Shown here: positions 1 to 21,916 of the stretch, in pieces | How the letters are laid out: each line of letters starts with the position of its first letter | How positions within the stretch are numbered: the stretch's first letter is position 1 | Assembly: GCF_004010195.1 (NCBI RefSeq) | Contig: NC_057730.1 | Coordinates: forward strand, 20,564,168-20,628,167 | Origin: Chiloscyllium plagiosum | Taxonomy: Eukaryota | Reading direction: 5' to 3' | DNA: 64,000 bases | The notes under the pieces: generated by a model | Seen by the model: the letters and a program-made list of their open reading frames with translations, nothing else | What the model was told of the DNA's origin: nothing | Database searches by the model: none | Made by a program: the position numbers and the translations under genes

Positions 1-380
1 GCTAGGCCTTTTCTCGTTGGAACGGCGAAGGATGAGGGGTGACTTGATAGAGGTTTATAAGATGATCAGAGGAATAGATAGACAGTCAGAAACGTTTTCC
101 CCGGGTACAACAGAGTGTTACAAGGGGACATAAATTTAAGGTAAAAGGTGGAAGGTATAGGGGAGATGTCAGGGGTGGGTTCTTTACCCAGAGAGTGGTG
201 GGGGCATGGAATGCGCTGCCTGTGGAAGTGGCAGAATCAGAATCAGAATCATTGGTGACCTTTAAGCGGCAATTGGATAGGTACATGGATGGGTGCTTAA
301 GCTAGGACAAATGTTCGGCACAACATCGTGGGCCAAAGGGCCTGTTCTGTGCTGTATTGTTCTATGTTCTATGTTCTATG
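1..380 (+). mobile_element. CR1 (HER1-like) LINE 3' end
   Basis: Encodes [24 protein letters not shown], the CR1 ORF2 C-terminus. It is followed by a CR1-type 3' UTR and a (TTCTATG)n tail at about 355-380. Confidence 0.9.
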
Positions 381-384
381 TAAC

Positions 385-615
385 TTTGAAGGTGTTGTCA
401 CTTGAGACTTGATAATTGTTGTGGTGCATCTTGTAGGTGGCATATACTTCTGCCACTGCATGTCAGTGGTAGAATGAACGAAAGTTAAAAGTGATGGATA
501 AAGTGTTAATTAAGTGGGCTGCTTTGTGTTGGGTGTTATTAAACTTTGAGTGTTGTTGGAGCTGCAGTCACCCAGGCAAGTGGAGAGTATTCCCTCACAC
601 TCCTGACTTGTGCTT
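385..615 (-). mobile_element. CR1/L2-group LINE fragment (YKAQVRSVMEYSPL family)
   Basis: The reverse strand resembles the AQVRSV.EYSPLAW RT C-terminal segment also seen at about 14280-14330 and 24050-24100. Confidence 0.65.
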
Positions 616-797
616 CATCAGTATTTTTTATATTTTATTGTAGTGAGGTAACCTTATGGAATTTTTCTTATCCAGCAACAAGTGAAAATCCCTCCACCTC
701 ACCTTGACTTTGCTTCTTTACCCCATTTCTTCCCCCTGCCCTGTCCCCGCTCCATACTACTGGGAAATTCCTTGGAACATTTTGGAGTTGGACAGTT

Positions 798-1005
798 AGA
801 GTCATACAGATGTACAGCACGGAGACAGACGCTTTAGTCCAACTCACTCATGGTGACCATATTATCTTAAATTAATGTAGACCCACTTGCCAGCATTTGG
901 CCCATATCCCTCTAATCCCTTCCTATTCATGTACCCATCCAGCTGCTTTTTAACTGTTATAATTGTACCAGCTTCCACCACTTCCTCTGGCAATTCATTC
1001 CATAT
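798..1005 (-). mobile_element. CR1 LINE 3' end fragment
   Basis: Has the agagtcatacagatgtacagc tail and the ggcccatatccctct...cacttcctctggc motif shared with other CR1 3' ends in the window. Confidence 0.85.
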
Positions 1006-1112
1006 GTTGTTTAATAGGCAATAATTTGTGCAGCTTTTTGTTGTAATTGTGGAAACTAGTACAATTTTTCCACTATGTAAATATTCATCTTGTTTCTGTA
1101 TTTTCCTGTTGA

Positions 1113-9995
<8,883 letters not shown>

Positions 9996-10379
9996 CATCT
10001 TACAATTTTTGTTCTGTAGAATACTGTTTCACAAAATCAGATTATGTTAATCAGAATAATGGGACTGCTCAAACAAATTAAAGATGTATTTAGTTCAGCT
10101 TGTGAAAACACAAATCTACAATTAATACGTTAGAAAAAGACCTCTCAGCTTGTACAAATACAGTGTCAGTTGTTGAACTTCAATCCAACTGTTACCAACA
10201 TTTGTTACATGATTGATTGCATAATGTTATAAAATGATACAAAATGACCATTCTGTTTGTGCCACATCATTGAAGGAATTATCCCACTTGGTCCATTAGC
10301 CCTCTTCCTTCCTCACAGCCCTGCACACATCTGCTTTAAAATAATCTCTAATCATAATTGTTTTACACATAAACCTTGT

Positions 10380-10478
10380 ATTAAATTGTTGAAAAGCAAT
10401 GGATTGACAGTTGCAAAAACTTAGTCAAATTGAAACACCATGTCCTTACAAATAATGGAAGCCAAATTATTAAATAAA
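10380..10478 (+). terminator. Candidate CRYM polyadenylation signals
   Basis: ATTAAA at about 10380 and AATAAA at about 10473, both downstream of the CRYM stop codon. Confidence 0.45.
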
Positions 10479-11269
10479 TTACGAGTTTATAGTACATCAA
10501 ATAGAAATAGAAAGCTTTGTCGTTTTTTTCACTAGTACAGTATTGTCCATTCTTGTGTGAAATGAAGATTTATTTTAACACTGCCTTTCATGAGATTGAA
10601 TAATGATCCACAAATAGAATTTGACAGCATTCGGAAGAGATTATGAAGACCTGGGCTGGCAGTTTAGTGCAATGGGCACCATGAGTTTGTACATGGTAGC
10701 TTCGTTATAGTGGAAATTGGGAAGTAAAGGAGAGAGCTTTTGACACTTCCCTCTCAATGTAGGTTGTGGGATTAATTTAGGAACATTTTCCATAAATGGA
10801 AGCTAGATTGTCCTCTGAAGGACAGTTTTGCAAGATAAGATCTGTGGACGTTGTTTCAAGCCCAAAGAGATATTTCTAATTCTTGGGTATCCACTGAACT
10901 ATGGATTAGCTAGGTTTCTATTTTTTTTTATTCTTCATTTATTACTGTCTTAAATGAGACTGTTCATTCATTTATACTGCATCCATTTACATCATGAAAT
11001 CATTTTTAGGTACAAATTCTACACAATGCAGGAGACCATTTATTACTAACAGAGGATTGGAGCGGGGTGTGAAGGCAGATTGGTACACCATCATCTGTGA
11101 GGAAGTCCACTTAGTTTATACATCCTGTATCCTGCATAAGAATCTGCTCTCTATTCCTTAGAATCGCTAAGGCCATTAAGGGCACTTCTCACACAGATCA
11201 GGATTGGCTAGTGGCAGATATATTATAGTTAGAAACCAGGTCAAACTCTACATCTTTGGCATAGAATAA

Positions 11270-12050
11270 CTGAATGACATTCCTCAAATTGGTAAGGCAA
11301 ACTAGGGCAGGACTTATGCAGTTAATGTAGAGCCCTGGGGATGTGTTGTTGAATAGAGAGACCGAGGGGTGCAGAAATATAGTTTTTTGTAAAAGTAGAA
11401 TTGCAGGTAGACAGGATGGTGAATAAGGCATTGGGATGCTTGCCTTCATTGGTCAGTACATTGAGCACAGGAGTTGGGATGCCATGTTATCGATGTACAA
11501 GACATTGGTGAGGCCACATTTAGAATACTGTGTACAATTCTGGTCGCCCTTTTAGAGGAAGTATGCTATTAAACTTGAGAGGGTGCAGAAAAGATTTACA
11601 AGGATGTTGCTAGAACTGGAACGTTTGAATTTTAGGGAGAGGCTGAATAAACTGGGGCTTTTTTCCTTGGAGCGTCAGAGGAAGAGAGGTGATCTTATAG
11701 AGGTTTACAAAATCATGAGGGGCATTGATAGGGTGAATAGCCAAGGTCTTTTTCGTAAGGTGAAGGAGTTCAAAACTAGAGGGCATAGGTTTACGTTGAG
11801 AGGGGAAAGATTTAAAAATGACCTAAGTGGTAACTTTTTCGTGCAGAGGGTGATGCATGTATGCAATGAGCTGTCAGAGGAAGTGGCGGTAGCTGGTACA
11901 ATTACAACATTTAAAAAGCATCTGAATGGGTAGACGAATAGGAAGGATTTAAAGGGATATAGGCCAACAATTGGCAAATGCGGCTAGGTGATGTCTGGTC
12001 AGCATGGAAGAGTTGGATCAAAGGGTCTGTTTCCGTGCTATATGACTTTA
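11270..12050 (+). mobile_element. CR1 LINE, 5'-truncated
   Basis: ORF 11583-11933 ([33 protein letters not shown]) followed by a CR1 3' UTR. Confidence 0.92.
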
Positions 12051-13099
12051 TAAATAAAACAAAATATCTCCAATGAAAGGGATTAGATTACATACATTTT
12101 ATAGATATTCAGAACTGGCCACTGCACCCAGCCTCCTTCCATTCCACTTATTTCACCCTATTTTCTATTCCTTTCTTTCTCAACTATCTCTCCAGCTTCC
12201 CCTTAAATGCATCTACCCTATTCACCTCGAACACTCCATGTGGGAGCAAGTCCCAAATTCTCACCATCTTCCAGTTAAAAGTAATTTATCCGATTCCTAA
12301 TGAGATTCAATGGTGATTATTATATTTATTTATGTAATGCCCTCCACTTTAAATTAGTTCCTCACCATTTGAAATGAGTGACATGAAACAGTTCAGAGTA
12401 ATGTTACTTATCCAAGTGACTGAAGAGCATTTTAAAGGACAGATTGGTCTCAATAACAGTTAAAGATCTATATTCCAGAAAATAATTATGTGCCAGACAC
12501 CAAAACTCTTTTTTTGTAATGTGCAAATCTCCATTCCCTTTTGCTAAATCTAAACATGCAATATGGAAATCTGAGTACTTTTAATGATCCACTAATTTAA
12601 TTTTAACTTCCTCCAATACAATGGGTAATGGATGCTTCAATATAGTTCCTGTTACATATCACACTGGCCATTTCTGCCACCAGAGAATGATGATGGTCCT
12701 GGATTAAACACTGGAGATTGCTCGGACTCCAAATCTTCTTGATGGTGTTCAAACTTGCTTACCTATTTCATGTTAAAAAGAAGTTACACATTAACAGTGA
12801 ATACCAAAACACACTGAAAATATAGATGACTGAAGGAATTAATTTCATAGTAAGGAACTATGTCTTTCAGATTTTTCTTGTTTGAAAAAGTAAGGATTTG
12901 CATTTATTTAAGCAACAGCCTAATATTGTCACATTCACTAAATCACACCTTACAGTAAAGGTCCTACATACCATCATCACTGTCCCAGGATATGTCCTGA
13001 CCCACTGGTGATGGCATGACATTTTTTCGTCAGTAGATAGTTGGGTCCATACGCATAGACTCTGGACCCTGTGAAGTCTCATGGTATTACATCAAGCAT

Positions 13100-14790
13100 G
13101 GGTAGGAAACCTCCTGCAGAATACTAACTACAGAACTCCCTTAGCTTATATATCAATTCTCCTCCATGCTGAACACACCACTTGGAAAAAGCACTGACCA
13201 TACCATGGGCACAGAATCTACCCTGTGCTGGGGAGAGGTTTCAATGTCCATCACTAAGCATGCCTCAGTAGTACCTCTACTGACCAAGCTGACTAACTTC
13301 TAATGGTCATGGTGGTGGTACATTGAGATTCAAAAACCCACTGGACCTTATTCTCACCAAAATGTACACCTGTCCATGACATTACTGATAGGTGTGACCA
13401 CCACATAGTTCTTGTAGAAACAACAAGTTCAAAATGATGACAGAATGCATCATGTTGAGTGACACTACTTATATGCTGAATGGGATAGATTTCAAACCAG
13501 TCTGGAAAACCAAAACTGCTAATCCATGAGCTGCAGCAGATCTGTGTTCAATCACAATCTATATGTAATCTTAAGGCCAGTTACGTTGTCCAAACTCCAC
13601 CAATACCATCAAGGCAGATTTCAGGAGCCAGAAACATCCTGTCCCTAACTGCCCTTGAGAAGGTGGTGGTGAGCTGCCACCTTGAACCACTGCAGTCCAT
13701 GCACTGAGGGAGGGAATTCCAGGATTTAGACCCAGCAACAGCAAAGGAACGGGAATATGTTTCCAAGTCAGGATGGTGAGTAGCTTGGAGGGGATCTTGC
13801 AGGTAGGGGGTGGTGTTCCCATGTATCTGCTGCCCTTGTCCTTCTAACTAGAAGTGGTCGTGGGTTTTGGAAAGTGCTGTCTAAGGGTTTTCGGTGGATT
13901 TCTGCAATGTATCTTGGAGATAGTACACACCAGCTACTGAGCATCAGTAGTGGAGGGAATGGATTTGGTGCCAATCAAATGGGCTGTCTTGTCCTGGATG
14001 GTGTCAAGCTTCTAGAATGTTGTTGGAGCTGCACTCTTCCAGGTAAGTGGGGAGTATTCCATCATATTCTTGACTTGTGCCCTGTAGATGATGGACAGGT
14101 TTTGGGGAGTCAGGAGGTGAGTTCCAGCAGTATTCCTAGCCTCTGACTGCTGTTATAGTCACTCAATCATGCCACACAAGAGCCAGGCAATGACCATGAG
14201 AGCTACAAGGGCAGGTCAGGAGTTGAGAGTTCTATGGGAAGTAACTCACCTGCTGTTTCTACAATACCTGTCAATCATCTGCAATGTACAAGTAAGAAGT
14301 GTGATGGAATACTCTCCATTGCTTGGACAGGAGCAGCTTCAACAACACTCAAGAAGCTCATCACCATCTGAGTCAAAGCAGTCCACATGATTGGCATTCC
14401 ATACACTACTCATCTCCTCCACCATTAATACATAGTGGCAGCAACGAGTACTATATATAAGATGCATTGTAGCTCCCTCAACAACACCTTTGAAACCTGT
14501 GATCTCTGCTATCTAGAAGGACAGTGGCAGCTGAAATATGGAAACACCATAACCTGGGGTTCTCCTCCAAGCCACAGACAATCCCAATTTAAACATGTTG
14601 CCATTCTTTTAGTGTCACTGTGTCAAAACATGTTGGAACTCCCTCTCTAACAGCGCAGTTAATGTGCCTACATTAGAACTGCAGCGGTTCAAGAAATGGT
14701 GCAACACCATCTTCTCAAGAGTGCTTAGAAATTGGCAATGAATGCTGGCATAGCCAATGGCACCCGCATCCTGAGAAAGAGCAAAAGAAA
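13100..14790. mobile_element. Cluster of CR1/L2-group LINE fragments in mixed orientation (+ about 13100-13630, - about 13630-14165, + about 14165-14790)
   Basis: ORF 14169-14390 contains QVRSVMEYSPL. The 13630-14165 block is the reverse complement of the 14190-14740 block, for example gagaaggtggtggtgagctgcc versus caccatcttctcaag. Confidence 0.75.
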
Positions 14791-15329
14791 TTAATAAGCA
14801 CTGCCCCCAAACATTGAAAAGTGCTTTCAAACCAATATGCATGTTTCTGAAGTGCAGTGACTGTTAGAGTATATAAAATATTGAGTCCAACAGCTCTCCA
14901 GGTAGGATTGGTGTTTGTTTTATGCTCATTACTACACCAGGCATTAAAAATGATCATAGATCAATTAAAATCTCGCAGTTAAGAATAGTCAACAAGTCAA
15001 AAACTAAGGCTGTTGGAAGGTATACATTAGAAGAAACTAGAATGAAGATTGAAGTGAATTGTATAACACTGAAACAAGTGCAGGCAGACATGTTTGGCTA
15101 TTTATTAACAACTGTTTTCAGAATATGGCAGGTGAAATTCAGAAATTAGAAGAACGATTGAGAAATTCTGAAGTAACTTTGTGTTAACAAGAAAACTCAA
15201 GATTGTAACAAAGAAAAAACATGTAAGATGCTACACCACAGAAACCTGGATAAGCAATAAAATTGTGTAGAAGAAAATAGAGACATTGGATGAGGAAATT
15301 GAATGTACTTTAGCCAAGGTTATGTATGA

Positions 15330-16030
15330 CACAAAAATAGGTGGGAAGGCGAGGATGATACAAAATGTCTGCAGAGGGATATAGACAGGTTGAGTGAGGA
15401 AGCAAAAACTTGGCAGACAAAATATAATGTGAGGCTGAGCATTTCAGCTGGAAGTATAGAAGAGCTGAATATTATTTGAATGGAGAAAGGCTGTAGAAAG
15501 CTATAGCCCAGAGGGATACAGGAATCCTCATGCATAAATCACAAAAAGTGTACAAGTAGCATACAGTTCAGCATGTCAATCTCTGCACATGGAACGTTAG
15601 AGCAGCTGCCATGAGGCTTAGAGGGAATGTTGTCTGACATCTGTATGAAGCAGAAGATACTTGTCACTAATTACGCCAAGCCTGAATGTTGTCCAGGTCT
15701 TAATGCATGTCGGCATGCAGCATTTCAGCATGAGAAATCACAAATGACGCTGCATATTGCAGAACAATCAGCAACCATTCCAACTTCTTATGATGGAGTG
15801 AAGGTCATCAGTGAAGCAGCTGAAGATGGTCCGGCTTAGGATATTATTCCATGGAGCTCCTGCAGTGATGTCTTGGAACTGAGATAAATAGCATCCAACA
15901 ATCACAACCATCACCCTTTGTGTTAGAAAGGAGTGAAATCAATTCTCTTTGTCTTTGGTGTTTAGGACTCCTTTGTGCCACATTTGGTCAAGTGCAACCT
16001 TGATGTCAAAGGCAGTCAACATCACCTCAC
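15330..16030. mobile_element. Old CR1 fragment (+, about 15330-15545) abutting a CR1/L2-group RT fragment (-, about 15560-16030)
   Basis: gcagagggatatagacaggttgagtgag encodes CR1-like LQRDIDRL. The second part matches the 24300-24700 LINE region. Confidence 0.6.
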
Positions 16031-16127
16031 TGAAATGAGTTATTAACTATTGTATATTGATTCTGGTATGGTTCTCTCAGGTTTGGATGCATTCTATTTC
16101 TTCTGGTTATGATTATGACTTTTGGTT

Positions 16128-16282
16128 ACAAAAATTGCTGGCGAAACTCAACTGGTCTGGCAGCATCTGTGAGGATTAAACAGTTTTGAGTCTGGTGACT
16201 CTCCATCAGTACTGAGGCAACTGAAGTCTCACCAGCAATTTCTGTTTTTGTTTTGATCGTCAGCATCTGCAGCTCTTTGTTT
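16128..16282. mobile_element. PLE-derived short fold-back relic with decayed hammerhead
   Basis: Arms acaaaaattgctggcgaaactca / tgaagtctcaccagcaatttctgt. The minus strand at 16181-16209 reads CTGATGG-A-GAGTC-ACCA-GACTC-AAAA. A flanking direct repeat ATTATGAC sits at 16112 and 16284. Confidence 0.6.
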
Positions 16283-16594
16283 TATTATGACCCATTACCC
16301 TATCTGAACCACATCAGAAAGGCTGAACACTTCGGTAGGTTGACACAGTTTGTATCTTCTCTTCCTTCCTTCCATTTGCTCCTCGTTTGGTTTGACTCTA
16401 TTTTGACTTCCTTTCAGTTATGACAATTTTGATCTGGTTTCTCATTACCTCTGATTTGGAGCACAGCCAAAGAGGGAGAATGTTTTGGACAAAAAAAATA
16501 TTATGAGGTGTTGCCAAATGAACTTCATGACTTTCCTCATGTTTCTGAATGAATTGCAACCTCGCAGCTACAGGGGGAGGCCCCAAGAGACACT

Positions 16595-17025
16595 TAGAGT
16601 CATAGAGATGTACAGCATGGATTCAGACCCTTCAGTCCAACCTGTCCATGCCGACCAAATATTCCAACCCAATCTAGTCCCACCTGCCAGCACCTGGCCC
16701 ATATCCCTCGAAACCCTTCCTATTCATATACCCATCCAAATGCCTTTTAAATGTTGCAATTGTATCAGCCTCTACCACTTCCTCTGGCAGCTCATTCCAT
16801 ACATGTACCACGCTCTGCATGAAAAAGTTGCCCGTTAAGTCTCTTTTATATCTTTCCCCTCTCACCCTAAATGTATGCCCTCTAGTTCTGGACTCCCCCA
16901 CCCCAGGGAAAAGACTTTGTCTATTTATCCTATCCATGCCCCTCATAATTTTGTAAACTGCTATAAGGTCACCCCTCAGCCTTCGACACTTCAGGGAAAA
17001 CAGCCCCAGCCTGTTCAGCCTCATA
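16595..17025 (-). mobile_element. CR1 LINE 3' end
   Basis: ORF 16674-17024 ([30 protein letters not shown]) plus a CR1 tail. Confidence 0.93.
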
Positions 17026-17199
17026 GAAAAGTTTTTCTTCAGCTCACAATCTCAGGAAACTGAGTACTTGGTTGTCAAGGATCTGCTGGAGCTTTAATGG
17101 ACAATCAAGTGCACAGTATCATTAGATGACTGTCCCTCTGAAACTCCCTAGCAGAGGCAAAATTTGTTGCAACTTTTTTTTAATTATTGTTTACTCTCC

Positions 17200-18385
17200 G
17201 TGATCTATATGGACTTCAGTAAAGCACTCAACAAGGTTCCTAATGGCAGACTGGTTAGCAAGGTTAAATCACATGGAATACAGGGAGAACTAGCCATTTG
17301 GATACAGAACTGGCTCGACGGTAGAAGACAGAGGGTGGTGGTGGAGGATTGCTTTTCATACTGGAGGCCTGTGACCAATGGAGTGCCACAAGGATCGCTG
17401 CTGGTTCCACTGCTTTTCATCATTTATATAAATGATTTGGATGTGAACATAGGAGTTATAGTTAATAAGTTTGCAGATTACATCAAAATTGGAGGTGTAA
17501 TGGACAGCGAAGAAGGCTACCTCAGAGTATAATGGGACCTTGATCAGATGAGCCAATGAGCCGAGGGGTGGCAGATGGAATTTAATTTAGATAAATGTGA
17601 GGTGCTGCATCTTGGAAAGGTAAATCAGGGCAGGACTTATATACTTAATGGGAAGGTCCTGGGAAGTATTTCAGAACAAAGAGACCTTGGAGTGCAGGTT
17701 CATAGTTCCTTAAAAGTGGAGTTGCAGGGAGATAGGCTAGTGACAAAGGCATTTGGAATACTTTCCTTTATTGGTCAGTGCATTGAGTATAGGAGTTGGG
17801 AGGTCATGTTGCAGCTGTACAGGACATTGGTTTGGCCACTTTTGGAATACTGCATACAATTTTGGTCTCCCTGCTATAGGAAGGATGTTGTGAAACTTGA
17901 AAAGATTCAGAAAAGATTTACAAGGAAGTTGCCAGGGTTGGAGGATTCGAGCTACATGGAGTGGCTGAATAGACTGGGGCTGTTTTCCCTGGAGTGTCGA
18001 AGGCTGAGAGGTGATCTTACAGAGGTTTATAAAATCATGAGGGCATATATAGGGTAAATAGACAGGATCTTTTCCCTCAGGTGGGGGAGTCCAGAATGAG
18101 AGGGCATAGGTTTAGAGTGAGGGGGAAAGATTTAAAAGGGACCTTAGGAACAACGTTTTCATGCAGAGAGTGGTGCATATATGGAATGAGCTGCCAGAAG
18201 AAGTGGTGGGGGCTGGTCCAATTACAACATTTAAAAGGCATATGGGTGGGTATATGAATAGGAAGGATTCAGAGGGATATGGGCCAAGTGCTGGCAAATG
18301 GGACTAGATTAATTTAGAATATCTGGTCAGTATGGACAAATTGGACCAAGGGTCTGTTTCTGTGCTGTACACCTCGATCACTCTA
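17200..18385 (+). mobile_element. CR1 LINE, RT domain to 3' end (degenerate)
   Basis: ORFs 17164-17532 (YMDFSKA..GVPQGS..YINDLD..KFAD) and 17575-18057, followed by a CR1 3' UTR. Confidence 0.95.
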
Positions 18386-18922
18386 TTACTTTTGGGATGT
18401 GGGCATCACAGGCAAGGCTAACAATGATTTCATTTCTCTGACTGCCCTGAGGAAGTGGTGGTGATCCGCCATCTTTCTGAACGACAACAGTTTGCCTAAG
18501 CCACTTCCGGATACAATACCAGTCAGCCAAATGGTGGGCCGGAATCAGTCATGAAGATTCCACTTGAAAAGTGGCTTTGGCATCTTTTACATTGACCTGA
18601 GAAGGCAGGCGGGACCTCAGCTTAACATTCTCATCCAAAAGACAACAATTCAATCTCCTCAGTAGACTGTGAGTCTTGGTTATGTACTCAATTCATGCAG
18701 TGGGACTTGAACTTACATCTTTCTGACTCAGTGATAACAGTGCTACTAACTAAATCACTTTAAATGAACTACCACATTCATGATTTTCATCCTTTGAACT
18801 GCAGAACACCCAGATAGAGAAGGCTGCACTGAGTAAGTGGTATTTAATACAAGTACTTATTAATTGAGAACAAACTTGTACAATTGATAGCAAACAGTTC
18901 TATAGGTTTTTAACAGTGATAC

Positions 18923-21916
18923 TTACAATACAGTATCCACTAGGTTGTTTGGTGTTTCCAAAACTAACTTTCTTCTTTCTACGGCAGAAATAATCTTTTT
19001 CCGTGGTCCGAGTGGCAGATTGATACTTTTCAGATCTCCGTCGGTGCACAGCATGAGGGAGTCCAGGCCAACTTGCTCTCTTGCTAGGAAAGGAATGAAC
19101 TCCGTCAAATTCTGAGATGCCATGAAGGTTTCAAGTGGTGTTGTCTCAGGCTCATCATCATCCAAACCGATATCATCTTCATCCCAGGGCAAATCATCTT
19201 CCTCTTCTTTACTGAATGTTTCAAGATCTGGAAACACTTCCTTGGGCTTCAACACTAGACTACGCAATTTGGAACCAATGTCTTCCACCTCATTACTGCT
19301 GAACATTTCCTCTTCCACATTCAAACCCAGGACAAAATTCCTTCTGAACAGCATGTTTCCCAGTCCGGGGCGATTAAAGAGAGACTCATGACCAAAGTTA
19401 TTATCATAGTCAGAGGATTTCATCTCAGAAAAGGCTGCATTCTCTTCATCTCGTTCATTAAACACATCCAGTACATTGGCCCGATTCCCACTGTCTCGTT
19501 CTTGCCTTACAAAAATGACATCCTTTTCTAATTGCTGCTGAGTAAAGCTTTTGCTGTTATCCTTCTTCTTAAGTCTCTTCTGCAGAGATCCTTTGATAAT
19601 GGAAGAAATGCTACCTTTGTGTTGTGAGTCACTTACTTTAGAGAGGTCACTGACACTGGATATAGTTCCACTCTGTACTGAAGCAGCACCTTCGTTTTGA
19701 CTTTCCATCTCCCGGCTGTATTTCTTGTTCATCCGATTTTGGTGCTTTTTCTTGCGTCTTTCACACAGTTTGATTTGTTTCTCGCTATCCTTTAATGCCT
19801 TTTCTTTTAACCTGGCAACTTGTTTCGGATTCATGACGGTTTGCTTGGTGGCAGCTGTGTCCAGGAAGCGGACACATTCCATTCGATCCTTACTGGCAGC
19901 GGCATCCATGGCAGAATGGAAGTCATTGTCCAAAGCCCAAATATTTGCACCAAAGTTAACCAAGAAAGTGACAATGTGAAGGTGGCCATTGGTTGAAGCA
20001 TGGTGCAAGGGTGTATTGCCCCAGATGTCACATATATCGGGATCACCACTGAAAAACAAGCCACAAAGAATTGACTTAGTGCAGGATTTTACAATATGTA
20101 GCAAGTCTTTTGCTTCACACTCTCAAACTTTATCTTCCTACATATTTTTCCTAGCACTGGTGGTATAAGTTGGTCTGGGTGAATGACCTCCTGATTCTTG
20201 ACCGAAGTGGCCATTCTTGATACTTTACCTCAGACAGTGAGTGAAGACATCATGGGAAAATCTGATCTAAACTATGATCTGAATGGGATGCTGAAGCCAA
20301 CAGTAGCTTGGTGAAGACTAGCTCACTCAATATATACTGGAAGCTAAGCCTAGGTACATGACCAACAGAGCAGGACAAGTAATACTTATGCTACCAGACA
20401 CACTCAACACTTTTAACAGCAAGTGGAACAGACTGTATCCATCACTTCCAGCTTTTGGCACTCTGCTCTGAGTCAGAACATTGTGGGTTCCAAGTCCACT
20501 CCAAGAACCTGAGCATTTAATCCAAGTGGGCATTTCATTATAGTACTGAGGGAGGTCAGTCCTGTGGATAAAATATTAGATGTAGCTCCTTCTGTGTTCT
20601 TAAGTGGATAGAAGTGATCCCAATAAACTATTCAAAGGAGAGTAGGGGAGTTTTTCCTGGAATTCTGGCCAATATTTATTCCTTGATCAATAACTGAAAC
20701 AGATTGTCTGCTCATCATTACATTGCTCTTTGTGGGAGTTTGCTGTGCATAAATTGGCACCTGTGATACATACATCACAACAGTGATTGCACTTCATAAA
20801 GTACTCAATTTATGAAATACTTTGGGATGTATGAGGTTGTGGTTGACAACGCTATAATACTGCAAATGTTTTGTTTGCTCCCTCTCTCCCAATCATGTGA
20901 CTGGAGTGATTGGCACTTTGAACCCTTAGCAAAGTTTCAAAGTGATGAATAATAATCTGTACTTATGGTGACTTTGAGCAATGGTGCAGGCAGTCATGCA
21001 TTATCTTAATGGTTTGTGACATCACCTCAGGTTGGTGGGAGGCATACCCTGAAATGTTACAACATACTGTATTTCTGTGGATTCCCCTGCTGTTTAATTC
21101 TAAAGATCCTTATTTTATATCAATTTGGATTCATTCTGTACTGGGATCTTTTCCCCAAATGACAAATGGTTCAAGAAAAGTTTGTCAACTGAGATCTTTG
21201 ACAACCTGCAATGTTTTCTCAATGTCCATAATTTCAATACACTTTTAAAAAATAAGTTCTCAATTAAAGGAAACATTAGGAAGCAAATACAAAAGACAAA
21301 CGTTTCCAAATAACGACTAAACCCCTTCAAATAAACAATGAATGACTTGCATTTATGTACAGCCTTTCACAAAGTCAAAACGTTCCGAGAACTTTTCAAC
21401 TAAAGAAGGGCCTTTTGAAGTGCACTTACTGTTCCACTGTAGAAAATTTGATAGTTTGTGTTAAGCAAGACATAATGACTATAGTCTTTGTGATGTTTAA
21501 AGAAGGATGTTGGACTGAGCACCCGGGATAGCTCCACTGTCCTTCAAGCAGTGGGATCTTTTCCATCCTTCTGCCTGGGCCTTGGTTTAAGGACTCATCC
21601 TCAAAGTGCAGCACTCTCAAATCGGTTCAGCTTGGATGTTTTAAAGCAATTGTAGTGTATCTTAATCTACAATCCTCTGACTCTGAAACAGAGTGAATAT
21701 TTAAAAAAAACCCATGAAGGGTCATATAAAAGAATCAGGTTGTGGCACTCACCCTCTGCTACAGATGAGCTGCAGGGCCTCCAGATGGCCGTGATATGCC
21801 GCCCAAAGTGTCGGGGTCATCCCATCCTCATCCGGATTGTTCAGGTCCCTCTTTGTGGCCTCCTTTAAGGGACCTAGGTAGCCATCCCTGGCTGCCTTGT
21901 GGTACCTGTCAGTCAT
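18923..21916 (-). CDS. ANKS4B: Ankyrin repeat and SAM domain-containing protein 4B (HARP), 429 aa
   Basis: Exon 1 21916-21753 ([50 protein letters not shown], donor GTGAGT) and exon 2 20048-18923. The protein has ankyrin repeats, [15 protein letters not shown], a SAM domain (LPLGPRKKI) and a C-terminal PDZ ligand DTVL. It is convergent with CRYM as in human, which favours ANKS4B over USH1G. Confidence 0.95.
20440..20870 (+). mobile_element. Deu-domain SINE (SacSINE1-like), near full length, in the ANKS4B intron
   Basis: tRNA-like head (ctctgagtcagaacattgtgggttccaagtccactcca), cagtactgaggga-like motif and Deu core ttgtgggagtttgctgtgcataaattggc. Confidence 0.7.
21340..21690 (-). mobile_element. 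Deu-domain SINE relic
   Basis: Reverse-complement similarity to 20440-20870 (gggatcttt, ggtttaa..ctcatcc, cctctgactctga). Confidence 0.55.

Noticed and set aside
19122-20064. Short ORFs overlapping ANKS4B exon 2
   Set aside because: They are antisense or off-frame shadows of the real coding exon.
20049-20104. N-terminus of the 393-aa ORF ([10 protein letters not shown]...) as the ANKS4B start
   Set aside because: This is intronic read-through. The acceptor is at 20049-20050 and the true exon 1 is 21916-21753.
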